Shown here piece after piece: positions 16,014 through 24,153 of a stretch of 25,904 bases of DNA. The position numbers and the translations under genes were made by a program. Location of the stretch: the NCBI GenBank assembly GCA_048885865.1, contig JBHLLF010000036.1:1-25904 (forward strand), read 5' to 3'. Position 1 is the first letter of the stretch, and each line of letters begins with the position of its first letter. Below the pieces are notes generated by a model that was given only the letters and a program-made list of their open reading frames with translations, was not told where the DNA came from and did no database searches. Source of the DNA: Candidatus Hermodarchaeota archaeon (GTDB taxonomy: Archaea; Asgardarchaeota; Thorarchaeia; Thorarchaeales; Thorarchaeaceae).

Positions 16014-18218
16014 ATGAGAGTGAGTCTAGAGAGTCTTTCAGATATTCCAGGAGTCGGTGACAAGGTCAAGAAGGCCCTGATTGACCATTTTGGAAGCGAA
16101 GCGGTGGCCCTAAAGGTAGTCACAGATTCGCGTGTCGATCTAGTTTCAGCGGCTCCAGGAATCGGAAGCAGACAAGCTGTCAACATCGTGAAGGCTGCTT
16201 TCGAGGTGCAGTTTGGTGCGAGTGCCAACACCATACTCAGGAGCACTGACGTGAGGAAGATATACGACTCAGTTGTAGGAATTATCCGTGGATATACCAA
16301 TACTGACTATGCACGTCACAAGCTTATCCTCTACTTCCCTCTTCCCCCAGACAAGATCGATTTCATAAAGGAGCGCCAGAAGTACTTCTCAGATGCCATC
16401 GAGATGGCTTCCAATCTAAAAGAAGACCAGAAAGAGGCACTCAAGACCAATCTGGCTCAGGTTCGAGGTCTCTATCGAAGAGTGAAGCCACGTCGACTGG
16501 AAGGCAGAGTAATAATCACCAATGATGACAAGGTGTTCGACACACTTGTGAGTGAGGGAGTTGACAGATGGTGTCCTGTCTATGTCCTTTCAGAGGGCGA
16601 AAACGCCGCTGACTATGCAAAGGGGTATGATCTTGTCCTGTTCATCTCGCCGTTAGGCATTTATGACGACTCGGTAGACTTGCTCGATAATGTGGAGATT
16701 CTGGGTAAGGACTGGAAGCTTGATGACCTACTTCCTGAACGGACTATAGGTTTCTATTCGCGGAACTACAGAGTTATTGATGCAGCAGCCAAGCTTGCCA
16801 GTGCGTTTGATGCTATACCCTCCAATGCGTCTGTAGAAGAATTCGTCAAGAGCCTGGATATGGAGAGTCTGAAAGAGGCTGGCGAGATTCTAAAGAACAT
16901 CAATGAAGATGGTGATCTGGCAGAAGGTATCGATCCCGAGTTGGACAGATACAGGAAGGCTGTGAAAGTATTTCCCACTGCAATTGCTGAAACCGAAGCT
17001 TGGTTGAATGAAGAGATAAAGAGCAGAGTTGCAAAGAGTGAGGTCACGCTAGGAGGAGAGCAGATCATCAACATCCTTCAATCTGCAGACATGGAAGGGG
17101 CTGAAGGTAGTGCTCTCAGAAACATGCTACCCGCAGAGATTGTAGAAACATTCACTACTGTAGTTCAGGAGGCTGAGGACAAACTCGTAGAGGAACTCGG
17201 TCTGACCATGAAGGAGGCTGACTGGGTCACTGGAGTAATCAGTGAAGAGATATCTCTCCCAATAAAGACAGTTCCCACGCAAATGAACGACCTTGAGGAT
17301 CGTCTTAGAAGGCTGTTTGCGGATCGTCAGTTTGGATTGATTAAGAGAGTTGCAGGCCAACTGGAGAAGCTGACACCAGCAGTCACTGAGGCAGTCCAAA
17401 CGTTGTTGGAGTATGACCTATTCCTTGCAGTGGGGCTTTTCGGTGTTGATTACAATCTTACTACTCCCAAGATTGGTCCAGAGTACAAGGGTGTGGGAGT
17501 TAAGGACGCAAGGAACATGTTCCTAGCTGAAAGCGAGTTCAAAGGAAAGCATGGCAAGGTCCAACCCATTGATTACGCAATAGGCGAAACTCCTATCCAG
17601 CCAATTGGAACAAACGGTGAGAACTGCGCTATTCTTTCGGGAGCCAATAGTGGCGGAAAGACCACAACGATTCAGACACTGGCTCAAATTGTCACCATGG
17701 CGCAGGCTGGACTACCCGTTCCCGCAGCGGAAACCTATATGCCAGTCTTTGAGGAAATCTACTTCTTCTACAAGAGCCGTGGAATGGTGAGTGCTGGCGC
17801 CTTTGAAGCCACACTGAAGCAATTTGCCGAGATAGTGACATCAGAGAAGTCAAAGCTCGCTCTGTTTGATGAAGTGGAAGCCATTACAGAACCTGGCAGT
17901 GCAGCCAACGTCATTGCAGGTTTGATTGAGATTCTACAAAAGGATCCCAAGAGCTATACTGTACTCTGTAGTCACCTTGCTAAGGAGATAAGGGATGCCA
18001 CGGAAGTCCCTGTGCGAATTGATGGTATTGAGGCACAAGGTCTAGATGAAGAGCTAGAGCTTGTGGTTGATAGAACGCCTCGCTTCGGGTATCTGGCACG
18101 AAGCACTCCTGAACTGATTGTTGAGCGACTCACGAAACTTTCTAAGGGCAGAAAGAGAGAAGTCTACGCCACAATTCTTGAGAACCTGACTGGTTCCCGT
18201 GGTGACATCCAGAGTTGA
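16014..18218 (+). CDS. Archaeal MutS-like ATPase with N-terminal helix-hairpin-helix (MutS5/MutS2-like; no mismatch domain, no Smr)
   Basis: HhH motifs IPGVGDK and APGIGSR; Walker A SGANSGGKTT; AGAFE.TL; Walker B LFDEVEAITEPG; SHL; RIDGIEA.GLD; ARSTPELI. ATG 16014 preferred to GTG 15951. Confidence 0.85.
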   Translation: MRVSLESLSDIPGVGDKVKKALIDHFGSEAVALKVVTDSRVDLVSAAPGIGSRQAVNIVKAAFEVQFGASANTILRSTDVRKIYDSVVGIIRGYTNTDYARHKLILYFPLPPDKIDFIKERQKYFSDAIEMASNLKEDQKEALKTNLAQVRGLYRRVKPRRLEGRVIITNDDKVFDTLVSEGVDRWCPVYVLSEGENAADYAKGYDLVLFISPLGIYDDSVDLLDNVEILGKDWKLDDLLPERTIGFYSRNYRVIDAAAKLASAFDAIPSNASVEEFVKSLDMESLKEAGEILKNINEDGDLAEGIDPELDRYRKAVKVFPTAIAETEAWLNEEIKSRVAKSEVTLGGEQIINILQSADMEGAEGSALRNMLPAEIVETFTTVVQEAEDKLVEELGLTMKEADWVTGVISEEISLPIKTVPTQMNDLEDRLRRLFADRQFGLIKRVAGQLEKLTPAVTEAVQTLLEYDLFLAVGLFGVDYNLTTPKIGPEYKGVGVKDARNMFLAESEFKGKHGKVQPIDYAIGETPIQPIGTNGENCAILSGANSGGKTTTIQTLAQIVTMAQAGLPVPAAETYMPVFEEIYFFYKSRGMVSAGAFEATLKQFAEIVTSEKSKLALFDEVEAITEPGSAANVIAGLIEILQKDPKSYTVLCSHLAKEIRDATEVPVRIDGIEAQGLDEELELVVDRTPRFGYLARSTPELIVERLTKLSKGRKREVYATILENLTGSRGDIQS

Positions 18219-18787
18219 AACGCATACTTGTATTTGGTGACGCACATATCCCATCCAGAAGGGACTCGATTCCCGCTTCATTTTATGGTCACATTGAGAC
18301 TGCCGATTATGATTTAGCTCTGGTCACTGGAGATCTTGTACGTGAGAATGAAATGAGGGCTGCGTTACCAACTCTGCCCATATGCCATATTGTCCAAGGC
18401 AACATGGACTATGGAAGAGGATTTGACTTCCACAAACAAGTTCAAATTGACGATTTCAACATCCTTCTCATTCATGGTACTCAGCTCCGTCCTCGCGGCA
18501 ACATCAAGCAGCTTGGAGAGATTGTCATGAATGTCAATGCTGATGTTGGCATTCACGGTCACACCCATACTCCTGCCATTGATGTGCATAATGGCCGACT
18601 TTTTCTCAATCCTGGAACCATCTCAGGGGCCACCGGGGGCTGGGCTGGAAGGGTTGATGCAAGCTTTATGGAGTTGGAGGTATCTGGTTCCCAAATGACA
18701 ATAGTCCTGCACTTAACTGACTGGCAAGTCACGAAGCAATCAAGTCTTAGATTTGTCAAAGAGAATGAAGAGATTGTCCGTGGCTAG
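18215..18787 (+). CDS. Vps29/MJ0936 (YfcE)-family metallophosphoesterase
   Basis: GDAHIP.R, TGDL, GNMD, IHG.Q..P.G, HGHTH, NPGT.SGA, ASF..L. TTG start overlaps the MutS stop (TTGA). Confidence 0.88.
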   Translation: MKRILVFGDAHIPSRRDSIPASFYGHIETADYDLALVTGDLVRENEMRAALPTLPICHIVQGNMDYGRGFDFHKQVQIDDFNILLIHGTQLRPRGNIKQLGEIVMNVNADVGIHGHTHTPAIDVHNGRLFLNPGTISGATGGWAGRVDASFMELEVSGSQMTIVLHLTDWQVTKQSSLRFVKENEEIVRG

Positions 18788-19410
18788 CCATTGTCCCATG
18801 GATCTGGACTGAGGAGCCGCAGGAAGATGCGCTTGATGACGTTGGTGCCTCCAGTCATGGCCATCTTGGTCACCTTGATTTTGATGTCAGAATATCGAGA
18901 TTCATCCAAATCTGTAGGCTTTGCAACACCAAACATTCGGAATAGATCAATCGCGTCAAGGTCCGAAACGTAAGCTTTTAGATCCGGCATTGCGGCTCGG
19001 ATGTTTTCTACTGGATCAATGTCCCTGGTAAACTTGACTTTTGCAAAGAACATTGCCAGGGTCTTCTTCACAAGCTTGTCTTCTGGGCCTTCAGGCTCCA
19101 TTTTAGCTACTAGTCCAAGTGACCCTGTTCTCAGCTTTGTAGATATTATATCTTGAACCTCTTCCGCTAGGCTTCGGTTCTGACCAACAGCAATTCCTAC
19201 ATTGATCATGAGCATCCGGATACGATCCAATAGGATTCCTATTGAGGTTCCGACGATAGACTTGCCCCTCATAACCGCCTGCCATTCATAGAAGGCATCG
19301 CTGATCTCTTGAAGTCCCTTTCTCTGACTAGAGAGCCTCTTCAGGTCCTCCTCTGGGATTATTGGACACCAAACATCTACAGGGCCACTGTCAGAACCTG
19401 GCAGATTCAT
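18784..19410 (-). CDS. Hypothetical protein (predicted helical)
   Basis: Long ORF with protein-like composition. ATG 19410 preferred to the upstream TTG at 19494. No recognised motif. Confidence 0.65.
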   Translation of the reverse strand: MNLPGSDSGPVDVWCPIIPEEDLKRLSSQRKGLQEISDAFYEWQAVMRGKSIVGTSIGILLDRIRMLMINVGIAVGQNRSLAEEVQDIISTKLRTGSLGLVAKMEPEGPEDKLVKKTLAMFFAKVKFTRDIDPVENIRAAMPDLKAYVSDLDAIDLFRMFGVAKPTDLDESRYSDIKIKVTKMAMTGGTNVIKRIFLRLLSPDPWDNG

Positions 19411-19555
19411 CTTGGTCGTTCGGGCTAGATTGAAGACTATTATCAGTCTATCCGTAACATATCTCACCCCTCTTCGAAATTCAAAATACTCCAATTGCGC
19501 AGTTCAGTCTATTTCTTAAAGGGATTTGATAGGCTTTTTCCAGGTTGTAATCTCA

Positions 19556-19828
19556 ATGCCCGTTAAGATTAGGATTGAAGTGATAGACATTCTTGGAACT
19601 GGAGAATGTTCGATGGGACAAAAGGTAGGTGAGGTCTACAACTACCCAGAAGATCGGGGTAAGATGTGTCCTAGCTCTTTTCATTCTCTTATTCCTTGGA
19701 TAATGGTCATGCAGTCAGGTGGAAAATATCCATTTTTCAAGGATGATGGGAATAGTGTGACCCTTGGCTGTCCAGACTACACGCATCAAGTAGTGTATAA
19801 GGTGACCAGGGAAATTGTCGAAGATTGA
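19556..19828 (+). CDS. TIGR04076 family small Cys-containing protein
   Basis: KIRIEV..I.G.GEC.MG.KVG..Y, MCP..FHSL.P....MQ.GG, CPD....V.YKV pattern. Confidence 0.75.
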   Translation: MPVKIRIEVIDILGTGECSMGQKVGEVYNYPEDRGKMCPSSFHSLIPWIMVMQSGGKYPFFKDDGNSVTLGCPDYTHQVVYKVTREIVED

Positions 19829-19888
19829 ATACAATCCCTGGTCCTAGGTCGGAATGAATTTATCTTGGGATAATGTGTTACTTTAGGT

Positions 19889-20227
19889 ATGGTAGGTCAT
19901 TCCCCATCTGAATGGGATCATGAACCCACAGGCCGAGAATCAGATGATAGTGACTACGAGGCAGATACTACAAACTATGATGATATGGTCTGGCTGACAA
20001 AGAAGGCTGCCCGGTCGAAGCTTGAGAAATGGCGAAAGGAACGAGCAAAGGCAGATGGAACGGAACCTACCAACAATGATGTTGATATCGAGAAGACCTG
20101 TCGAACCTGTTACTTCTGTTCATCACGCAGGGAATTCAACAAGGTCTTGTATGTGCGATGTACGAAAGAAGAACCTGAGTGGGTCGTTGCACAGGATGGC
20201 CTTCCATGTTGGAAACTGTTTGAATGA
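19889..20227 (+). CDS. Hypothetical small protein with Cys cluster (CxxCxxC...C...C)
   Basis: Acidic N-terminus, basic helix, C-terminal CRTCYFC...RC...LPCW. Confidence 0.6.
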   Translation: MVGHSPSEWDHEPTGRESDDSDYEADTTNYDDMVWLTKKAARSKLEKWRKERAKADGTEPTNNDVDIEKTCRTCYFCSSRREFNKVLYVRCTKEEPEWVVAQDGLPCWKLFE

Positions 20228-20252
20228 AACTGCATCTTAGGAGATACTCCTC

Positions 20253-20624
20253 ATGAATTCTGAGACCAACTACAATATTGATGCCGAAATTCATTTTGGT
20301 CCCCTGGAGCTGATTGACCTTCCGAAAATCATAGAAGGGTGTGATAAACGCTGGCAGAATCTTGGACTATGTCTGGTGAATGACAGTGTCATCCGACTCG
20401 GAGTCATCGAAGGAGAGTTTCACTGGCATAAGCACGACATTGAAGACGAATTCTTCTATGTGATAGATGGCCGTCTCATTATTGATTTGGAAAATCAGAC
20501 AGTCGAACTCAGTCCCCAGCAGGGCTTTGTAGTACCTAGAGGAGTAAACCATCGCACAAGAGCACCCAAACGAACAGCAATCATGATGGTTGAAGGCAGC
20601 ACGGTCACACCCACAGGCGATTAG
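20253..20624 (+). CDS. Cupin domain protein
   Basis: GEFHWHKH..EDEFF.V..G and VVPRGV.HRT cupin motifs; GGAG RBS upstream. Confidence 0.9.
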   Translation: MNSETNYNIDAEIHFGPLELIDLPKIIEGCDKRWQNLGLCLVNDSVIRLGVIEGEFHWHKHDIEDEFFYVIDGRLIIDLENQTVELSPQQGFVVPRGVNHRTRAPKRTAIMMVEGSTVTPTGD

Positions 20625-20626
20625 CC

Positions 20627-21496
20627 ATGGTGTATGATATCAGACCCCTTAGAGAAACAGACAAAGATGCTATCCTAGAAATAGCAAAGCATACCTGGGA
20701 GGGGCATGACTATCTTCCGTATTCCTTTGAATCATGGTTGAATGACAAAGACTCGCACACAGCTGCAATTGAACAGGATGGGCGAGTAATCGCCCTAGCA
20801 AATCTTAGGGTCATTGAGGACGGAAGGACAGGTTGGATGGAAGGTCTTCGTGTTCATCCAGATTATAGGGGAATGGGACTTGCTAACAGACTCACCAACC
20901 ATGTGGTGCAGACTGCTATCAGTTTGAAGCTGGAACGAATCCGCTATACCACGGCTACTGACAACCTAGAATCTTTGCATCTTGGAGAATCAATTGGCAT
21001 GTCTAGGAAGTTCAATCTAGCAGTCTTTTGGTTTGAGAATCCTACTCAGGTGTCCTGGAGATCATCAAATGAGGAGATTGTGTCAATTGATGCGAAGAGG
21101 CTTGCGTCATTACTAGCTGAAGCGAAACTACTGCCCTGTGGCGTCATTGTATTAGATTGGAAAGCATTAGATGCAACTCCCGAATCATTAGAGAAGATTG
21201 GCAAATCAGCCCCGTTTTATGCCACTTTAAAGCATGGAAACATGACAGCTCTATCTATGGGTTTCTCACGTGAGGCTTCAGAAGGGAAACAATGGCAGTT
21301 CACAGTATATGCGAAAAGCGAAAGCATGTTCCTCGACCATCTATCTCACCAGTTAGTCCTATCTACTGAAGAGAACTGCAAATCAATCTTCTGCGCCTAT
21401 CAGGATGAATTCTCTCCCGTTATGCGTTCTCTCGAATGGACTAAAATCGAAAACGATGAAGACTGGGCACTAACCCTTCTAGAGAGAGTCCTGTAA
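20627..21496 (+). CDS. GNAT family N-acetyltransferase
   Basis: IRPL...D, W.GHDYLP, GWMEGLRVHPDYRGMGLA (acetyl-CoA motif A), N..S..L. Confidence 0.88.
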   Translation: MVYDIRPLRETDKDAILEIAKHTWEGHDYLPYSFESWLNDKDSHTAAIEQDGRVIALANLRVIEDGRTGWMEGLRVHPDYRGMGLANRLTNHVVQTAISLKLERIRYTTATDNLESLHLGESIGMSRKFNLAVFWFENPTQVSWRSSNEEIVSIDAKRLASLLAEAKLLPCGVIVLDWKALDATPESLEKIGKSAPFYATLKHGNMTALSMGFSREASEGKQWQFTVYAKSESMFLDHLSHQLVLSTEENCKSIFCAYQDEFSPVMRSLEWTKIENDEDWALTLLERVL

Positions 21497-21515
21497 AAGA
21501 GCAGTCGACCCAAAC

Positions 21516-21544
21516 TTTATTAACTATTGTTAATTAATTATAAA
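21516..21544 (+). promoter_or_regulatory. AT-rich promoter with overlapping inverted repeat upstream of the PRC-barrel gene
   Basis: TTTATTAA and TTATAAA TATA-like boxes; ATTAAC-TATT-GTTAAT (21519-21534); GGTGA RBS just before ATG 21570. Confidence 0.5.
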
Positions 21545-21569
21545 CAGACTCTCCTCCTGTGGTGAAATT

Positions 21570-22238
21570 ATGGAATTATCCAAATCGGTATGTTGCAAGG
21601 AAATCAAGAATATGGATGTCATGGATGCATCGGGCAAGAAGATCGGCCGGGTTCTCGACTTGACATTCACTTTCGACGAATCACTCAAGCTGGCTCATTT
21701 CATCCTTGGTGGATCAAGGACAGAGGAATTCCTTGAAGCTATCAAACTCAAACCTGACGAAGACCCAGTGTTTGACTCTGCTTTGATCATGAAAATAGAT
21801 GATCATATCCATCTGAACACTTCTGTTAACAGTCTGAAGACCCCCCACTCCGAAATCTTGGATAATGAGATCAAGTTCTCAGACCTAAAGAAATTGGACA
21901 TTTACGACAAAGACAACATCAAATTGGGACATGCCATAGATGTGGATTTCCAGTTGGATGGTCATACAGCTCTGATAGTCGGTGGGGGATTCATAGAAGA
22001 GAAACTGGAGGTCATTGGCTTGAAAGATGATGTTGACATCATAGTCCCCTTTGAGGTCATCGTTTCAATCGATGAGTCGATTAAGCTTTCAGTTTCAAAG
22101 GATGAGCTTGATGCCAGTCTAGATGGTATTCTGAGAGAAAGGGCGCTTGAGATAAAGGAACAGAGACTGGCTGCAGCGGCTCACAATAAAGCCCAGAGGC
22201 AACGAGTACGCGCCTTCTCGCCTTATCGACCCACATGA
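21570..22238 (+). CDS. Tandem PRC-barrel domain protein
   Basis: Two repeats, EIKNMDVMDASGKKIGRVLDL and DLKKLDIYDKDNIKLGHAIDV, each followed by GG...EE.LE.I.LK.D.D; second ends IIVPFEVIVSIDESI. Confidence 0.82.
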   Translation: MELSKSVCCKEIKNMDVMDASGKKIGRVLDLTFTFDESLKLAHFILGGSRTEEFLEAIKLKPDEDPVFDSALIMKIDDHIHLNTSVNSLKTPHSEILDNEIKFSDLKKLDIYDKDNIKLGHAIDVDFQLDGHTALIVGGGFIEEKLEVIGLKDDVDIIVPFEVIVSIDESIKLSVSKDELDASLDGILRERALEIKEQRLAAAAHNKAQRQRVRAFSPYRPT

Positions 22239-22330
22239 TAAGGAACTCGTTACACTCGGCTGCTATGAGTGAAAGACCCATATTCTACGTTGTATCTTGG
22301 TCATCTTACAATCAGTGAAGGCAGCCAAAA

Positions 22331-23209
22331 ATGATCCCTAAGAGACCCTTTGGTCGCACTGGACATGTCAGCACTCGTATCATTTTTGGCGGCTATGCCC
22401 TCAGCAATGCAACGCAATCTGAAGCAGATGGCACATTTGCACTGCTGCAAGAATACGGAGTGAATCATATCGACACAGCTCCCATGTACGGAAACTCGGA
22501 GAAAGTTATCGGGCCTTGGTTGGCCGAACATCGTAAGGACTTCTTCGTGGCCACCAAAAGCCGCAGACGTTCGCGACAGGGAGCTTTAGATGATTTGAAG
22601 CGTTCGTTGGAGCGCTTGCGGATTGACTATGTCGACCTCTGGCAGATGCATGCCCTAACCAATCCGGCTGGTTGGGAGAAGGTGATGGGACCTGGTGGCG
22701 CCTTGGAAGCCTTTGTTGAGGCTCGAGATGAGGGTCTGGTCCGTTATCTTGGTGTAACGGCACATGGTGATACAGCCCCGGCAATGCACAAACGCAGTCT
22801 GGATCATTTTGATTTTGATGCTGTCTTGTTGCCATACAACTACCTGCAGATGCAGAAATCTCGCTACGCAGCTGACTTCAACGAGTTGGTTAAGGTGTGC
22901 CGAGAGCGCAACGTTGCTGTGCAAATAATGAAGTCGATTGTCCGGCGGCCATGGAGCAACCGCAGCCAGACTTACAACACGTATTTCTATGAACCGCTAG
23001 ACATTCAAGATGCAATCGACAAGTCGGTTCACTGGTCATTAGGGCTCTCGGATAGCTTCCTCACCACGGTAGGTGACATGCGGCTTTTGCCCAAGATGTT
23101 GGATGCTGCCAAACGATTTGAGAAACGGCCATCTGAAAAGGAGATGAACGCTATTGTCGATGAGTTTGATATGCAGACGATAAGATGCAGTATGAGCGAC
23201 TTTAGGTGA
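22331..23209 (+). CDS. Aldo/keto reductase
   Basis: RPFGRTG..ST.I.FG, G.NHIDTA.MYG.SE, ATK, SLERLR.DYVDL.Q.H, G.VRYLGV. Confidence 0.92.
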   Translation: MIPKRPFGRTGHVSTRIIFGGYALSNATQSEADGTFALLQEYGVNHIDTAPMYGNSEKVIGPWLAEHRKDFFVATKSRRRSRQGALDDLKRSLERLRIDYVDLWQMHALTNPAGWEKVMGPGGALEAFVEARDEGLVRYLGVTAHGDTAPAMHKRSLDHFDFDAVLLPYNYLQMQKSRYAADFNELVKVCRERNVAVQIMKSIVRRPWSNRSQTYNTYFYEPLDIQDAIDKSVHWSLGLSDSFLTTVGDMRLLPKMLDAAKRFEKRPSEKEMNAIVDEFDMQTIRCSMSDFR

Positions 23210-24044
23210 CTTTACCACATGTACTGGACTGATGATTTTTTAACCAATACTCGATTAGTCTTGGTCTTAGCCTCTTGAGTCGATTCATCCTTGTAGAGGT
23301 TACTCGTTGAGAGATTCTATTTACAGCGACAGATTTGAGTCTGATAATATCCTCATCACTGATTGATTTGGAGTACTCCAAGAATTCGTCAGGAATCTCA
23401 CTCGGGTTATCGAATTGGCTCCCATATTGCATAAGAATGGCGAATGTGATCTCTCTAGCGGTTGGAGTGCTACTCGATAGAGTGACCGCATCCTCTCCAC
23501 TCTTTCTGGTCTGGCCAAAGAGGTACCCTAATGCTCTCTCGTCAAGGTGTGTTGACACAAGGAAATGGAAAATCTCGTTCGCGGACTCCGGCTCCTTCTC
23601 ATAGACCCTCTTGCTCACTCGAATCATCTCATCACATGATTCACCACAGGCATATGACTCAGGAGGTCTTTCCACCTCAAAATATGCGGTCCTAAAACCG
23701 CTGTCGGGTTGATCGATAAATCCAATCAAGTTGATGGGAAACAACTGACATGTGAGAGGTCTCTTGGAATAGATCAAACACTGACCGTCGACGTGAAACG
23801 GACAATAGTCATCGAAATTCAGTACATATCTGTGCCACAGATTAAAGATTGTTGAGTTGATGCCAAGATGTTCCTTTGCTAATGATGCTCCACCTAACTC
23901 TATCAATGCCTGGGCAATGATTGGTGCCTCGGCATCTGTAAGGAATACTGCTTGCTTCTTACAGCACTCACCACAATGCGTGCATAGAGAATCCATGATT
24001 TCTCTGAATTCATTAACCGCTTTTTCAATCACTATTAGTCCCAT
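23202..24044 (-). CDS. YkgJ-family Cys-cluster (Zn/Fe chelating) protein
   Basis: CTHCGECC ... CPFH..GQCLIYSKRPLTCQLFP. Confidence 0.85.
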   Translation of the reverse strand: MGLIVIEKAVNEFREIMDSLCTHCGECCKKQAVFLTDAEAPIIAQALIELGGASLAKEHLGINSTIFNLWHRYVLNFDDYCPFHVDGQCLIYSKRPLTCQLFPINLIGFIDQPDSGFRTAYFEVERPPESYACGESCDEMIRVSKRVYEKEPESANEIFHFLVSTHLDERALGYLFGQTRKSGEDAVTLSSSTPTAREITFAILMQYGSQFDNPSEIPDEFLEYSKSISDEDIIRLKSVAVNRISQRVTSTRMNRLKRLRPRLIEYWLKNHQSSTCGKVT

Positions 24045-24153
24045 TGGCGAGAGGGCTCAGTCCGGCTATAAGACCATCGAGAAAGGGAACTATCGCCGCC
24101 GGGCCTACTATCTCAAAATGAAGTCTGTCTTCAATGATTATTGAGAATTATCT

